Source: Pecten maximus
Taxonomy: Eukaryota
Direction of reading: 5' to 3'
Assembly: GCF_902652985.1 (NCBI RefSeq)
Contig: NC_047017.1
Coordinates: 50,096,001-50,160,000, forward strand
DNA length: 64,000 bases
Positions within the stretch are counted from its first letter, which is position 1. Every line of letters starts with the position of its first letter. The notes below the pieces were generated by a model that was given only the letters and a program-made list of their open reading frames with translations, did no database searches and was not told the DNA's origin. Shown here one piece after another: positions 1 to 12,609 of this stretch. Position numbers and translations under genes: made by a program.

Positions 1-3000
1 CAGAAAATCGTTACATGATAACTTTTAACACCAGATACCTACGTTTATAGGGAAATGTGTGTACATATATGTGGACATAATATTATCTTACCGTCGATTT
101 TTGAGACGAAATGTCGACATTTCTGTTAACTCTTTCCTTGTATGATTTTGAAAATTGTGCAATGATTGAAATGTTTTAATAACTAACATATGAAAAGAAA
201 AATGGTGGCATGGGGATGATATCAAGATGTCCTCCTTATCTGAGTCATTTCGAATATTGGTCATTTTCAATCTCGTAATAAATGTATCATTGGAAACCTA
301 TTCAATTAAACCTTAAGAAGTTATGCTCCTCAACCTAAAGATATGTATAAAGACATAGATAATGCCTCTTCATCGTCAGACACAGATCTATGCAAATGCA
401 AATGAAATGTGAGTGTTTATTAGCAACGAAGTGCTGGACAGATATAGTTACGGATGTAGATGGCATCATGCATTTAGTAGGCTAAAATGTTTACGTAATC
501 ATAATTGCATATAGCCATTAACGTGATAAATTGCTAAACAACATTTTTGATTATCTGTGTATTGTGTTACTCCATCAATACACGTATCTTGCTTATTTTT
601 AGGGATAAAGATACCTTATGAGCATTTATGCAGGGTAACTGAAAAAATGGGAAAAAAAGAAATGTAATCAATTGACCCCGAAATTAAACATATTTACATG
701 TCAAAACATGACAATTATCATCATAACATACATTATACACAACGCTTTAAATTCTTTGGCATGTACATGTATTTAGTTATATTTTGATTTGAATCCATTA
801 ATGCATTTTATACAAACATCACGCAAGTAAATATATACATGATAATTCTCTTTGCGGTTTGAACATGGCGCTCCATAGGTAACATATACAATTACATGTA
901 TATAAAGGATGCATCGGTACTCAAAAAGTCTGAAAGATAAATTCTTTATTATCATGTGTGAAATTCCCTGAAATGCAAACAAGCAATCCTGATCCAATTT
1001 AGTTTGCAGTCTCGAGGGATATTACTCCTGATACCAAACTAACTAGCAACACTCTTTCAAAACTGACCAATCCCGATCTGTCACAGTCGGATAACTCAAT
1101 GTCACATGATTAAGAATCGTATAACAGATACAAAGTTTATTATTCAAAGACAAACCTATTCCGAATAAAATGACATGTGACATAATAAAAATGTTTAGTT
1201 ATTACAAGTAAAACACGTTAAGGTTTATCTAGAGGATACTTTAAAATATGTAGTATTATTTTATGTTGTGTTCAATGACAAATTGCATTTTAAAGATAAT
1301 AACAAAATATGTCATATTTTACTTAATACAATCACTATTCACTGAATAAGATTTTTTTCATATCCATGTTACTTCAATCAAGTGTGTTGTCCACTGATGT
1401 TTGGTTTCAGCTACAAGGTATTTTAGAAACTGTTTTTCAAACAATTTTCAGATTTTCCTTGGACAATGATTGAACTACTGTATTGCATTTTATGTAATAC
1501 AAAATGGTTCACATGTATCATGAATTACAAAGTATGACAGTTAATACAACCGCGTAATGAATTGAAAACCAAGAAATACTTCAATCAAGATATATCAGTA
1601 TATTTTATAAAATATGTCCATGCTGAAAATTGGCATCGTCAAATAATGTTAGTCACTCAATAACAAGATTGGATATAGTCAAAAAATATACCATAGGATA
1701 ACAGAGAAAACTGTTAGGAAGCCAAATAAGATAAAGTTTTGCTTACGTGATTATGTTTCATTTCTCTTATGATAGGCCTGGTCTTATGTTTGATTACAGC
1801 TTCTTCCCTTAAATTCTTACTGAATTATGTACGTTGATGTTTACCCATGCATGTTAGCAATAACATCCTGTTCCACTTGTTCAGTTTTACATAAACTCCA
1901 CTGATTATTTCACAAAGTATACTGTATTGGGAAATACAAAACCATTTCAATTTCATTGTAATTTAGTCTTTTATATTTACTTATTTTCTTGGATGAAAGT
2001 GAAAGGAAAATGTCATGTTTGACACATTTGAACTTGACATTAAAAAGTATATGTCATTAAACATTATATATGGTTCTTTTGAACCCGACACGTTTGGTAA
2101 CTGATTTTTTTTGTCAATATTCAAATGTATGTCGTGGTTATGTCGGCATTATGTCAGTATTCTAACTCTTGTTCTTGATTTGTCGGTTATTAGCTGTTAA
2201 ATTTGAATATGCAGCAGGGCAAAGTACAAAATACAGCTAGCGGGCATGCTGTGTCGTACAGCTGGCCTACCTTTCGGCTGGAGTAAAGTGTTACTACAGT
2301 GCAGTCATGCGCTTCCCGCTGTGCCTGATCAGATTCAAATTGTACACATACATTTATAGTGAAAGACAAAATCAGGTTTTAGTTGTGTTAATTATGTATG
2401 GACCCGGACCTACCTCAAAATCTTCACTTCGTGAAAATAAGAATACTTAATTCATAACGTTATCACGAACACAAAACTGTAAACATTTTTTTTTTACAAC
2501 AATTGCGAAACAAGATATATCATCTTATATTAATCACCCCTTTTGGCCCGGATGGAAGCGCGCGAGAGATCTTTATAGGACGATTTCAAAACACAATTAA
2601 AAGATATAAAAACAACCTTTTTAGATATCAACACCATTATGTAAATTGGTAAATAATTTGATCGCTTCTGTTGTTGCAAATAGTTTCACTGTCTGCTGTT
2701 GTGATCAACAATTAAATATAAGAACATCAATAACTCAATGTTGTCCTCAATTTCTTATTAATTAATGAATCTATTGGACCTATACATATTAGATATGCAT
2801 GTTGAAATGTTTAAGTCATCTATCAAAATAATCAGTAAATCAGAATAACCTTACATGTGCTTTCATATTTCTTTTATATACATCTTCGTGGTCAGTAACG
2901 TCAACAGATATTTAATTAAAACAGATTCCCCATGCATCAAATATACAGCATAGCTTAAGTAATTCGTGTGTTGGATACGTTCCTAGTGACCGAGAATATC

Positions 3001-4339
3001 AAATGTTTATCGATATTAATTCTCATGTATACCTGCTACACATGGAATCTATAACTCAGTGAACACGTATTCTTATCATAATTATCATATCATATTATCA
3101 ATTAATATTAACACATATACAATGATGATTGCTTTACGACGTCATGCCTTCTTTTACTACCGTCTGTAAATGACCTTAGCTGTTGAAAGGACCAACCTAA
3201 CTTTAATACCAGGTATCTGAAATGGTTATATTTCTAAACAATTTTGAAATACAGATGTATATGCTCAAGAGAATGCATAGGAGAGTAAACCTGTGTTGGG
3301 GATTATGACATATAAATAAAAAAAAAATAAAGCATTTCTATCAATATCAGGCCCGTTTCAGACAAAAGTAATTTGCAATTCAATGTGAGTATGAAGTTAT
3401 AAAATTTCGTGCAATAGCTATAGGCTTGTGTAACGGAAGGAATGTGACTAAATATAATGATATAACTATTATCTACTAATTATAGTTTGGATAGATATAG
3501 AATATAAAAGCATGCATGAACACGTGGACATTAGTACTCCTAGCAGACAACAACAGTGAGAAATAAGATTTTACACATTCGATATTGTGACCCGGTTTTG
3601 TCCCAGATTTGTGTGACATGTGTAGTCAATGAAACATGGGACGCTTACTCTACCGGAACACCTGGTCTTATTATCACAGTACTTTTTATAGAATATCCAT
3701 ACCAATCTGGTTTTGTTTACATTTTCCATCATTTAATCGATTCTGAAGTTAGAATTATGGTTTCGTTTTTATGTCGATATTCTTTGTTGTTTTTTCATGG
3801 TATGGTAAAATAATCAAATATAATGAAATAAATCACTATGATATACATGAAATCTTATGAAATTCAACGTCATAACCTGTACAAAGATAATCAGGAAATT
3901 GTGATTAACAAGACAGTCCAAAGACAAAGACAGGATATAGTGAAGGATGTGTATTCGTACAGTAGCAATGACAGACAAGACAGCACTTTCTTTGATGTTA
4001 TCTATAATATGTAAAATAATATCTAAATCTACCAGTGAAATTTTACCTTAATATGAGCGTAACTAGCCTCGGGATTCAGAGAATTAAGTTTGGCCTGATC
4101 AAAAGAAATTGTGTAGATAACATGTATTAATATTCAAAAGTACAAGGAACTCGACATGTGTCATAACTGGAAATACTGTGTATACAAATACTACCTTATT
4201 AACAGAAACTGATATGAAAACTGATCAACCTTATTTTGACAAGAAACTATGATATAAATGAAATGCATATCATACAATAAATGTTAGGAGAAGGGGTCCG
4301 AGGGAAAAGGTGAATGTAATGATGATTATAAAGTCTTAC

Positions 4340-7300
4340 TTTTGTTCGAATTTCTTTTGCAACGACATCTAGATCTTTGGCCACTTCTTTCGGACTCAGT
4401 TTGCTCATGTTTATAGTTAGGGCCTACAAAACAATATTGATGGACATGTATCAATTAATGTTTACTTATTGTGAGTATGGCCTCCCATACCTTCATTAAG
4501 TAATGTAATATGAATGCGATACGACATTCTGTCTACATATTGTTTTGCTGTTTAAGATGAACATTATGCTTTTATAGCAAACAGTTTGTACAACGTACAC
4601 CTACATGAATACTTGACCTCAAACAACGTACACCGTGAATACGTGACCTCAAACAACGTACATACGTGAATACGTGACCTCAAATAACGAACATACGTGA
4701 ATACGCGACCTTAAACAACGTACACATACGTGAATACGTGACCTCAAATAACGAACATACGTGAAAACGCGACCTTAAACAACGTACATACGTGAATACG
4801 TGACCTCAAACAACGTACACACATGTGAATACGTGACCTTAAACAACGTACACACATGTGAATACGTGACCTTAAACAACGTACACACATGTGAATACGT
4901 GACCTTAAACAACGTACACACATGTGAATACGTAACCTCAAACAACGTACACACATGTGAATACGTAACCTCAAACAACGTACACACATGTGAATACGTG
5001 ACCTTAAACAACGTACACACATGTGAATACGTGACCTTAAACAACGTACACACATGTGAATACGTGACCTTAAACAACGTACACATACGTGAACACGTAA
5101 CCTCAAACAACGTACACATACGTGAATACGTGACCTCAAACATACACACACGTGAATACTTGACCTCAAACAACGTACACATACGTGAACACGTGACCTC
5201 AAACAACGTACACACATGTGAATACGTGACTTCAAACAACGTATACACACATGAATGCATGGCCTTAAACAACGTACACACACATGAATACGTGACCTTA
5301 AACAACGTACACATACGTGAATACGTGACCTCAAACAACGTACACATACGTGAATACGTGACCTCGAACAACGTTCACCTACTAAATAACATCGAACATC
5401 GTTTTTTAAACTTTGTTGTGAAATAGGACATAAACTTACCAATTGCTTTTCATCTATCAACTTTTCATCGACTCTTTCGTTTCAGGAAAATGTGTATTAA
5501 CGAAATGGTCTAAGGTTTATAAAATCTCAAGAAAACAAAATCATGATAATTAAAGTTAATGAAAATATCTCATGTTTATTATGTACTATGTGAGGGGAAT
5601 ATACTTTATTTCATATCGTCAGATACATAGATAATGCTGTCAATATGTAACGCATAATTACAAAAAGTAAACCAAACAAAACTGTACCTTCCAATTAATG
5701 AACTCGTAGCTGTGAGGATCATGCGGCACTGGAAGTCCTATTTTTACCTTCTTTACTTCATGCTTAACTGAAAAGACGGAAATCATGAGCAATTAATACA
5801 GTACACCGTAACCGTTAATTAACTTTTTTTTTTTAAGTTATCAATGAATGGCACACTGATTCCTGATGAGGTCTGAACCTCATAGGTCCAAATACAAAAC
5901 ATGCGTTATCTCCAAAGCAACAGTACTGTTATATATACAGTACCATATTTCTATACATTTTTTATATATGTTACCACATTATTGTTTACATTCATCATGC
6001 AAATATTTCAAACAAACTATGACGTTTCTCGATTAAATATCTATTGGATATCGCCGAACAATACAAATAGACATTCGGAATAGCTTTCAAGATTGTGTAA
6101 AGTAGTTTATCAGGGATGATCCCAAATATGTTTGCAAGTAAAATGAAAATAACTTACACATATTGTAAGATCTTTCAAATTCGAAAACCAGTTCTGAGAG
6201 AGACTGTAAATGAAATGAAAGCTAATTAAGTAGTAATTCATGTGATGGATACATTGAGTTAAGATGCATTGTATGAACTGAATTAATTTATAACATTATA
6301 AAGTATTTACAAATCTGAAGTGTTACTTGTAGATATTCAATCAGAAAAAAAATTAATATAAAATATCATATGAAAGTAAATCAGATTTATCCAGAAAAAA
6401 ATATTTAAACATTATATTTGCTTAATTTATAAAATTACGTAATTTCAATTACCTTATATACAACGGGTTTATACATGAGTTCGTCCCGCCTACTCATTCC
6501 TATGGAACCATATTTCCCAGCATAATATATCCCTAGTACCACATGTCTATGTACATTTCCACCAAACACACTTTTAAAACTTAGAGGAAAGCGTTCAACA
6601 CCTAGAAAACCATTGGTCAAAAATCTGCTCTGTGTAAAGGATTATAAAACAGCTGCTAAATTGTGGCTTTTCAAATACATGTATATACATGTACAATACG
6701 AAAGATAAACTTCAGATTATGACAAAATAGTAGGGAGTTAAACTAAAACCCCATGCTTCATGGTTTTGTATTTGTTTGTTGTGTCCATAATGCTGTTATT
6801 TTACAATAGTACAGTTAATTTAAAATCAAAATGTAGGTTCTGCGTGAAGGATACAACCCAAGAATGACTGCCTCTAAACACTTGATGGGAAGAGCTTCTT
6901 TTATCATCTCTCTGGCAGAATCCATCAGTCTAAATCATTGATAAAACAAAATAGCTTAGAATTAGTTGTCACACAGATAATGAGTTAAAAGGGTCTAATG
7001 ATTCTTTTTATTGTTTTTTTTTTTTTTTTTTTTTGTGAAATCCATACTAACAAAAATATGCAATCATTTGATGGGATAGAATATAACATGCATATCGTTA
7101 TCAATGTCGTGAGAGTGACTTTAGTATATATTTATATAAAAAATATATGGTACATGGACAGTGTTGTCACATGAAACATGTATGCGCAATAGCCCAAAAT
7201 TACTTACCCAGACAATGGCCTCTGCTTCCTGATTTCGAAAAATTGAGTTCCAGTATGGTTGTATCTTTGTTAAATTAAGGATTGTTTTCATTTTAAAGTA

Positions 7301-9207
7301 AAAAGAATCCATCAACATTAATACGGAATATGTATATATTGACATTAACTAATAATTTGATGCATTAAAACCCATTTAAATTCTTCCGTGTAATGTTCAA
7401 ATGAAGTCCATCATTTCAAAGAAAGAATAAGTTTGTAGTTCTGTAATTATTCACTCTGTATTTAGCCATTACGACAGATTAACTAAATACTATACAGATG
7501 TCATTTTACCGGTGCTAGACTACGGAAGGTAATACTATGTAAAACTACAATTTTGATAATCCTTGAACTCTTCCGGGGACTTGATACCCTTGACATTACA
7601 TATATCGACTGTGAGTTGGGAGCTAATTCCTATGGTTGTAGAGAACTTCTACCGAAGAGTTTGTAGTACTGGTACGTTATACCAAAAAATTAATGCAATG
7701 GTTCTATGTGTTCAGGATCCGGTTCTTAAAATGTCGTCATGATATCGCAAAACCTGTTAGATTTCCACTCTCGCTACAACTCTAGGATGATTTACACCAC
7801 AAATATCACCACAAACCGTCATACACGTCCGCCACCAAAGAGGTCCCGTTCTGTAACGCAGAAGTCTGCCTTTGTTGTTTTCTAAAGGATACTGAAGTGA
7901 TTTCATATAGTTCTGAACTTTGTCCAAACGATCTTGTACCGGCATAGAAGATGGGAAATTTAACGGTGCTTGTTGTATTGGCATCTGAAAAAAAGTAATG
8001 TTTGAAATGTGTGGAAATGTGACTGATTCTATAAGATAAGTGTAATACAAGCACAGCGATTGATCCGATCAACTCATGTTTAGTAATAATCACAATCATG
8101 TTCATTTCAGCTCAGAAAAATGATGTTTTTATTGCCAAACATGCGCTTACTGTAGGACAGCTCTATACAAGTGTATATGGTAGTGTACAGATTTATCAGT
8201 TTATACGCAAATATTACAAACACAAAAAAGCAAATGATATCAGAGGCTTTCTGTTCCATTATTGTGCTATATTTGAAGACTGTCAAGTTAAAAAATATTA
8301 TTACTGTAATGTTTAAATGACATCAATATGTATTTGTTGTAATTTGTTGCTGGTGAACAGTCTCGAAATGTAATGATAGACTGGTACATGTATGATGATA
8401 AAGATGATGACGACGATGACATGTAGTATTCTACTAAGGTCCACATGAACAATGCCGAGTACTTTTCAGTAGTACTGGTACATGTATGTACATGTATAAC
8501 ATACCATGGGGTACTGTCTCCCCCCCCCCCCCCCCCCCCCCCCCCTTCCATCAACCTCCATTTTGGGCTACAGTAGTAGATCATCAGAATCATTCAGGCT
8601 AATATGCAATTAACGTAAATTATATATATATCTATATATATATATCCGTACCTACTTAAAGATCGTCCACTACATGTAGGTGTACAGGTTGGTCTATATT
8701 GACACACAATTGTTTAGTAAGCACACACATAATCTCTCATATGCTCTGAAACAAACTACCCAGGACAACATTAAAAAATTGCAGATCTATAAATATATAC
8801 AAATGTAGAAAGCACGAAGAATTATATATATATTGCAGATCTAAAATAAAATTATCGGAATGAAATGGACATGACTATATTATATGAGCTTTATATTTTC
8901 GTGTTTGTCTTACCTGAGGAAGATCGGATTTATTTCTTATTTTATTGACCATGCTGTAACCATCTGGATGAATTCTCGATACGTGATCCCACATTCGATC
9001 CCAGGTCCTATTGTCAATTGGAAATCCACTTTTGTTGACCCAAAATAGGACTCCATTTTCTTCATGTGTGTCATCATCGTTTCCACTTTTAGCACCTTTC
9101 ACTGTCTTCACTCTTACACAACCCCTTTCTTCCTCTTCTGGGGTTTCAGAAACACGAACGAGTGTTCCAAATGGTGGCAATTGTTCCCGTTGTTTGGATT
9201 TCGACAT
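4340..9207 (-). CDS. VASH: Vasohibin family tubulinyl-Tyr carboxypeptidase (VASH1/2-like); 8 coding exons mapped, 3' end unresolved
   Basis: Exons 9207-8914, 7984-7893, 7264-7208, 6929-6855, 6624-6453, 6203-6158, 5767-5688, 4423-4340 join in frame with GT-AG ends. Product has [57 protein letters not shown] (catalytic Cys), HRHVVLG (His), [12 protein letters not shown] (Ser) and [14 protein letters not shown] further candidate exon at 4094-4047 (AKLNSLNPEASYAHIK); stop codon not located. Confidence 0.95.
4585..5385. repeat. 33-bp minisatellite (about 24 copies) in VASH intron 7
   Basis: Tandem unit GTGAATACGTGACCT(C/T)AAACAACGTACACA(C/T)AT; period divisible by 3, which explains the repetitive ORFs on both strands. 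Confidence 0.95.
6625..6854 (-). other. U12-type (minor spliceosome) GT-AG intron, VASH intron 4
   Basis: Donor GTATCCTTC (6854-6846); branch-point-like TCCTTTAC (6641-6634) a few nt before the AG, with no polypyrimidine tract. Confidence 0.85.
7265..7892 (-). other. U12-type (minor spliceosome) GT-AG intron, VASH intron 2
   Basis: Donor GTATCCTTT (7892-7884); branch point TCCTTAAT (7281-7274) a few nt before the AG, with no polypyrimidine tract. Confidence 0.9.
8520..8545. repeat. Poly-C/poly-G tract (similar tracts near 12818-12838, 39288-39325, 45387-45402, 56840-56877)
   Basis: Long C or G homopolymers seen directly. Confidence 0.9.
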
Positions 9208-9661
9208 GACAAAATAAATAAGTATCCACGAAAATAGAAATCAATATTCTTAAACTTCTATATAAGTGACATGGATAGAACGTATTTCGTCAGTCACATA
9301 TATATAACATGTATGATTGCTCGAATGATGTATTCATGTCATAAACGTCACGTCAGCTGGTCCATACTTGCTCACTGATAGACTTATTCGCGTTGTTTAA
9401 ACATACAAACATGCCTATTGACCTAGTGATCCAGTCACTACTTCCATCTCATAAAGTGTCTTTAAAATATGAACTAACCTTAAAAACGTCTACCAAACTA
9501 CATTTTCTCTTCAACGAACAGAGAGATTGTTTATGGTGTTGTCAATGTCTGAATCAGTTAAACGCTTACCGGAAGTTGAGTAATATTTGAATGAAAACCA
9601 AACATCTTTATGATCCCGAATACGGGCCGCGAATACGGAATGCTCGCAGAGAGGAAACGTG
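9208..9661. promoter_or_regulatory. Putative bidirectional promoter shared by VASH and ERG28
   Basis: 454 bp between divergent ATGs; ETS/GABP motif ACCGGAAGT at 9568-9576, tandem CRE half-sites CGTCACGTCA at 9346-9355, locally raised CpG. Confidence 0.7.
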
Positions 9662-12087
9662 ATGAACAGAAGTTTGCAGTTTATTTCTGTTTTAAGGACA
9701 TGCATTGCAGTGGTTGCTCTCATGACATTTGGAAATGCACTGCAGTGTTTTGTTGATCCAAGCTTTTTGAAAAATAGATTGTACACGAACGTCAATGATG
9801 GTAAGACAAAATCTATATTCGATGTCGTTAATAATAATAATGCATGGTAAAACGAAAGTTTACATGTGTGCATATACATACATGTACATGTGTGGACACT
9901 GGACGGACATAATTTCCTGTGTTGTGATCTTTTTTCCTAGATGAAAGTTGAATTGCGAATTTGCAAAATATTATTATCAGGTCGTTATGAAAACACGAAG
10001 TACATGAACTGATTTTAAATTAAAAATATAGATGTGTTTTAAAAAAATATTTCATGCACGTTATATAAGTCTGTGATCAAATTGAATGACTTTTTTTTTT
10101 ATCAAAATTTAACCAGTTCACATATCACTCTTGTTGATTTCACTGTTGTTGATATGTGCAATATTACATATAGAGATATATAGTTACCTTGTAATTAAAG
10201 TATGAAAAAATATATAGCTGGATCTGAACATTTGCAGATCGTGGACTTACTAGTCGAATTGTTGGTATATGGACTTTAACGACAGCGATACTCCGCTTCA
10301 GTTGTGCTATAGACATATATAACAAGCCGTAAGTATTATTTGTACTCATTGAAGCAGTACCCAAATGTTGATCAAGTGCTAAATTTCATTCATGTAATTT
10401 TCATATTCACATCTGTTTTTTCTTCATCCTGTACTGTATATGTACAAGTTTAATAGATTCAAATTGGAAGGCAAAGTTTGATTATCACTAAATGTAATGT
10501 TAATTGCTATTCGCCATGTCACAATAAGCATGCTACCAATAACAAGGATTTTATATAATCATGTAAGTATGTTATTCAATCATATTTTTAACACCAAGTG
10601 TAAAAGGTGAAGGTATGAGATCACATTTCCTACTGTAGCTCAGAACGATGTGTATTTCCTTTAGCCTAGAGGTAAGATATCTAACTAGAGAATGAAAGGT
10701 CAGTAGTTCAGAAAAATCTCTCTTTTATACCTATCTGCCTATAGTCAATGTAATAAAACAATGTTGATACAAGTAAACACAATTCTTTGATTACAGGATA
10801 TTTGGATTAACAATTCTCTCATTTTTTGCTGGATTTGTACACTACATAGCTGAAATATTTCACTACAGGACAACAAATCTGATCCCATCATCGTTGATAC
10901 AGATTATTGTTTCAGGTAAGTTTGTTGGAATTTGTCAAACATACAGTATCCCTTTTTGATTTTTGTTCAACACATCCTAGATTAAAAAAAGGAGGGATAC
11001 AACTGTTTGTATACAAGTTATTCCCCTTCCCTTATGTTCAGCTCAACTACATTTTAGTGATCTTTTAAATACCTCTAAAGGGGCTGCAATATTTACTAGG
11101 ACCATGAGATTTACAGGCATGAATAGCAGATGTGTAACCTTCCAAATAAGAGATACTGATACATTGATGTATAGATAGATGTACATGTACGTGTAATGGT
11201 ATATTTAGGAAGGATATCATCATATATCATTATAATTGTAGCAGAACTGGACTGGACTGAGTGCAGTGGCCATGTAGCTCAAATGGTTAGAGTGTCCGTC
11301 TTGAGTTTGTAGGTTCCAGATTCGAGTCCCAGTCTAGGTCATTGCATTCCTCCTCTCTTGTTACTTTTTGCCCCCAACTAAATAAATACCCTAGAGGTGG
11401 AATACCTAGGGTCTTATTTGTATCTTTGAGTTCGAAGACTTTGTTTGAGGAGGGAGGTATGTAGCAGCACTGAACTGGGCTGAACTTGGTGGCCAGGTAG
11501 CTCAAATGGTTAGAGTATCAGTCTAGAGTTCGGATCGAGATCCCAGATTTGAGTCCCAGTCTGGTCTTTGCATTTTTCCTCTCCTGTTACACAATTAACA
11601 TCAATGTTAATATCCTTGAAATAATACAATCACCTCACACTACAAAAGTCCTTTTATTACCTAGGGATTTTATTTTAATACACACAGACTGTAGATGTCA
11701 GAAATCAATATTCTTTGATAATATAAACAAAACAACGCACACAACATAAAGGCTATACATGTGAAATCAAGCTGTGAAATGTGTGGAGGAACTGATCTTA
11801 TATATTAGAACAAACTCTGACAGCCATATTGAAAAAGAATGTAGTTTCTGAATCAGTTATTTCATGATTTATTGAAACATGGGTATAATGCTTCTTTCAC
11901 ATAAACAATGTACACAATTGATCTATGTTTTTAATTTTGAATCATTTTATTTACAGGAATATCAGTCATCGGATTGTGCTGTGGCTACCTATTCCTGGAT
12001 AAATCTAAAACAATTCAGACTATTGAAGATATAGAGGATTCTAAAAGGACTACATTTTCAAAGTATATGAAACGTAAAAGTAGCTGA
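9662..12087 (+). CDS. ERG28: Ergosterol biosynthesis protein 28 homolog (C14orf1), 4 exons, about 159 aa
   Basis: Exons 9662-9800, 10238-10328, 10797-10915, 11957-12087 join in frame: MNRSLQFISVLRTCIAVVALMTFGNALQCF...LTSRIVGIWTLTTAILRFSCAIDIYNKPIFGLTILSFFAGFVHYIAEIFHYRT...; matches the ERG28 pattern (GN.LQ.F, R..GIWTL....R..CAIDI.NK, H...E.F.Y). C-terminal KRKSS fits a KxKxx ER-retrieval signal. Confidence 0.93.
11237..11591 (+). mobile_element. Terminal-repeat retrotransposon in miniature (TRIM) with tRNA-derived LTRs
   Basis: Direct repeats 11237-11365 and 11460-11591 start TGTAGCAG and end TGTTAC(T/A); degenerate PBS-like TTGCCCCCAAC after LTR1; polypurine tract GAGGAGGGAGGTA before LTR2; flanks TAAT/CAAT; each repeat has A-box TAGCTCAAATGG and B-box-like GATT(C/T)GAGTCC. 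Confidence 0.8.
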
Positions 12088-12172
12088 TGTTAAATTTTCC
12101 TTTTATATTTAGATACATTCGCTGGTTTCTCAATTTTCAACTTTTTTTTACACTTTGGCCAGTAATTCATTA

Positions 12173-12178
12173 AATAAA
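12173..12178 (+). terminator. Candidate polyadenylation signal of ERG28
   Basis: First AATAAA, 85 nt after the stop codon. Confidence 0.4.
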
Positions 12179-12537
12179 GAGTGGAAAAGATTGAAAAATA
12201 TATACATTGAAGCTATGGCAGATAAGAGATTTTAAGTTTATCAAGGATAATTAATTGACACTTATCCATGAAATATAAAAGGGTATCTTCCTGATTCTCT
12301 TGTAAAAGTCTTATATTCATTTGAAGATCATTAAAACTCTTTTCTGTACATGTATATGTAATTTATATGTTGTAAACTTTGAATGGTGAAAAACACCAAG
12401 TGATTATGAGATTTAAGTCGGTTTTTACACCCTATAAGTATTCATTCTTCTTAATTTATATCCTCTAACCTAACACCACCATGGAAGTAGTGAAGATATG
12501 AATATTGGATTAAATTTACCTTAATTGGTATATAGGT

Positions 12538-12609
12538 TAGCCCGAGTTTCCTCTGGCCCTGACACCATATACACCAGATATGGTGTCAGGTCAGAGGAAA
12601 CTGGGGCTA
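12538..12609. repeat. 72-bp inverted repeat, MITE-like hairpin
   Basis: TAGCCCGAGTTTCCTCTGGCCCTGACACCATAT, 7-nt loop, ATATGGTGTCAGGTCAGAGGAAACTGGGGCTA; TA at both ends. Confidence 0.8.

Noticed and set aside
4744-5460. Three long repetitive ORFs (198-238 aa, including a Cys/Arg-rich one)
   Set aside because: By-products of a 33-bp intronic minisatellite open in several frames on both strands.
11268-11566. Two functional tRNA genes
   Set aside because: Anticodon and T stems do not pair and the loops differ; better explained as tRNA-derived parts of LTRs.
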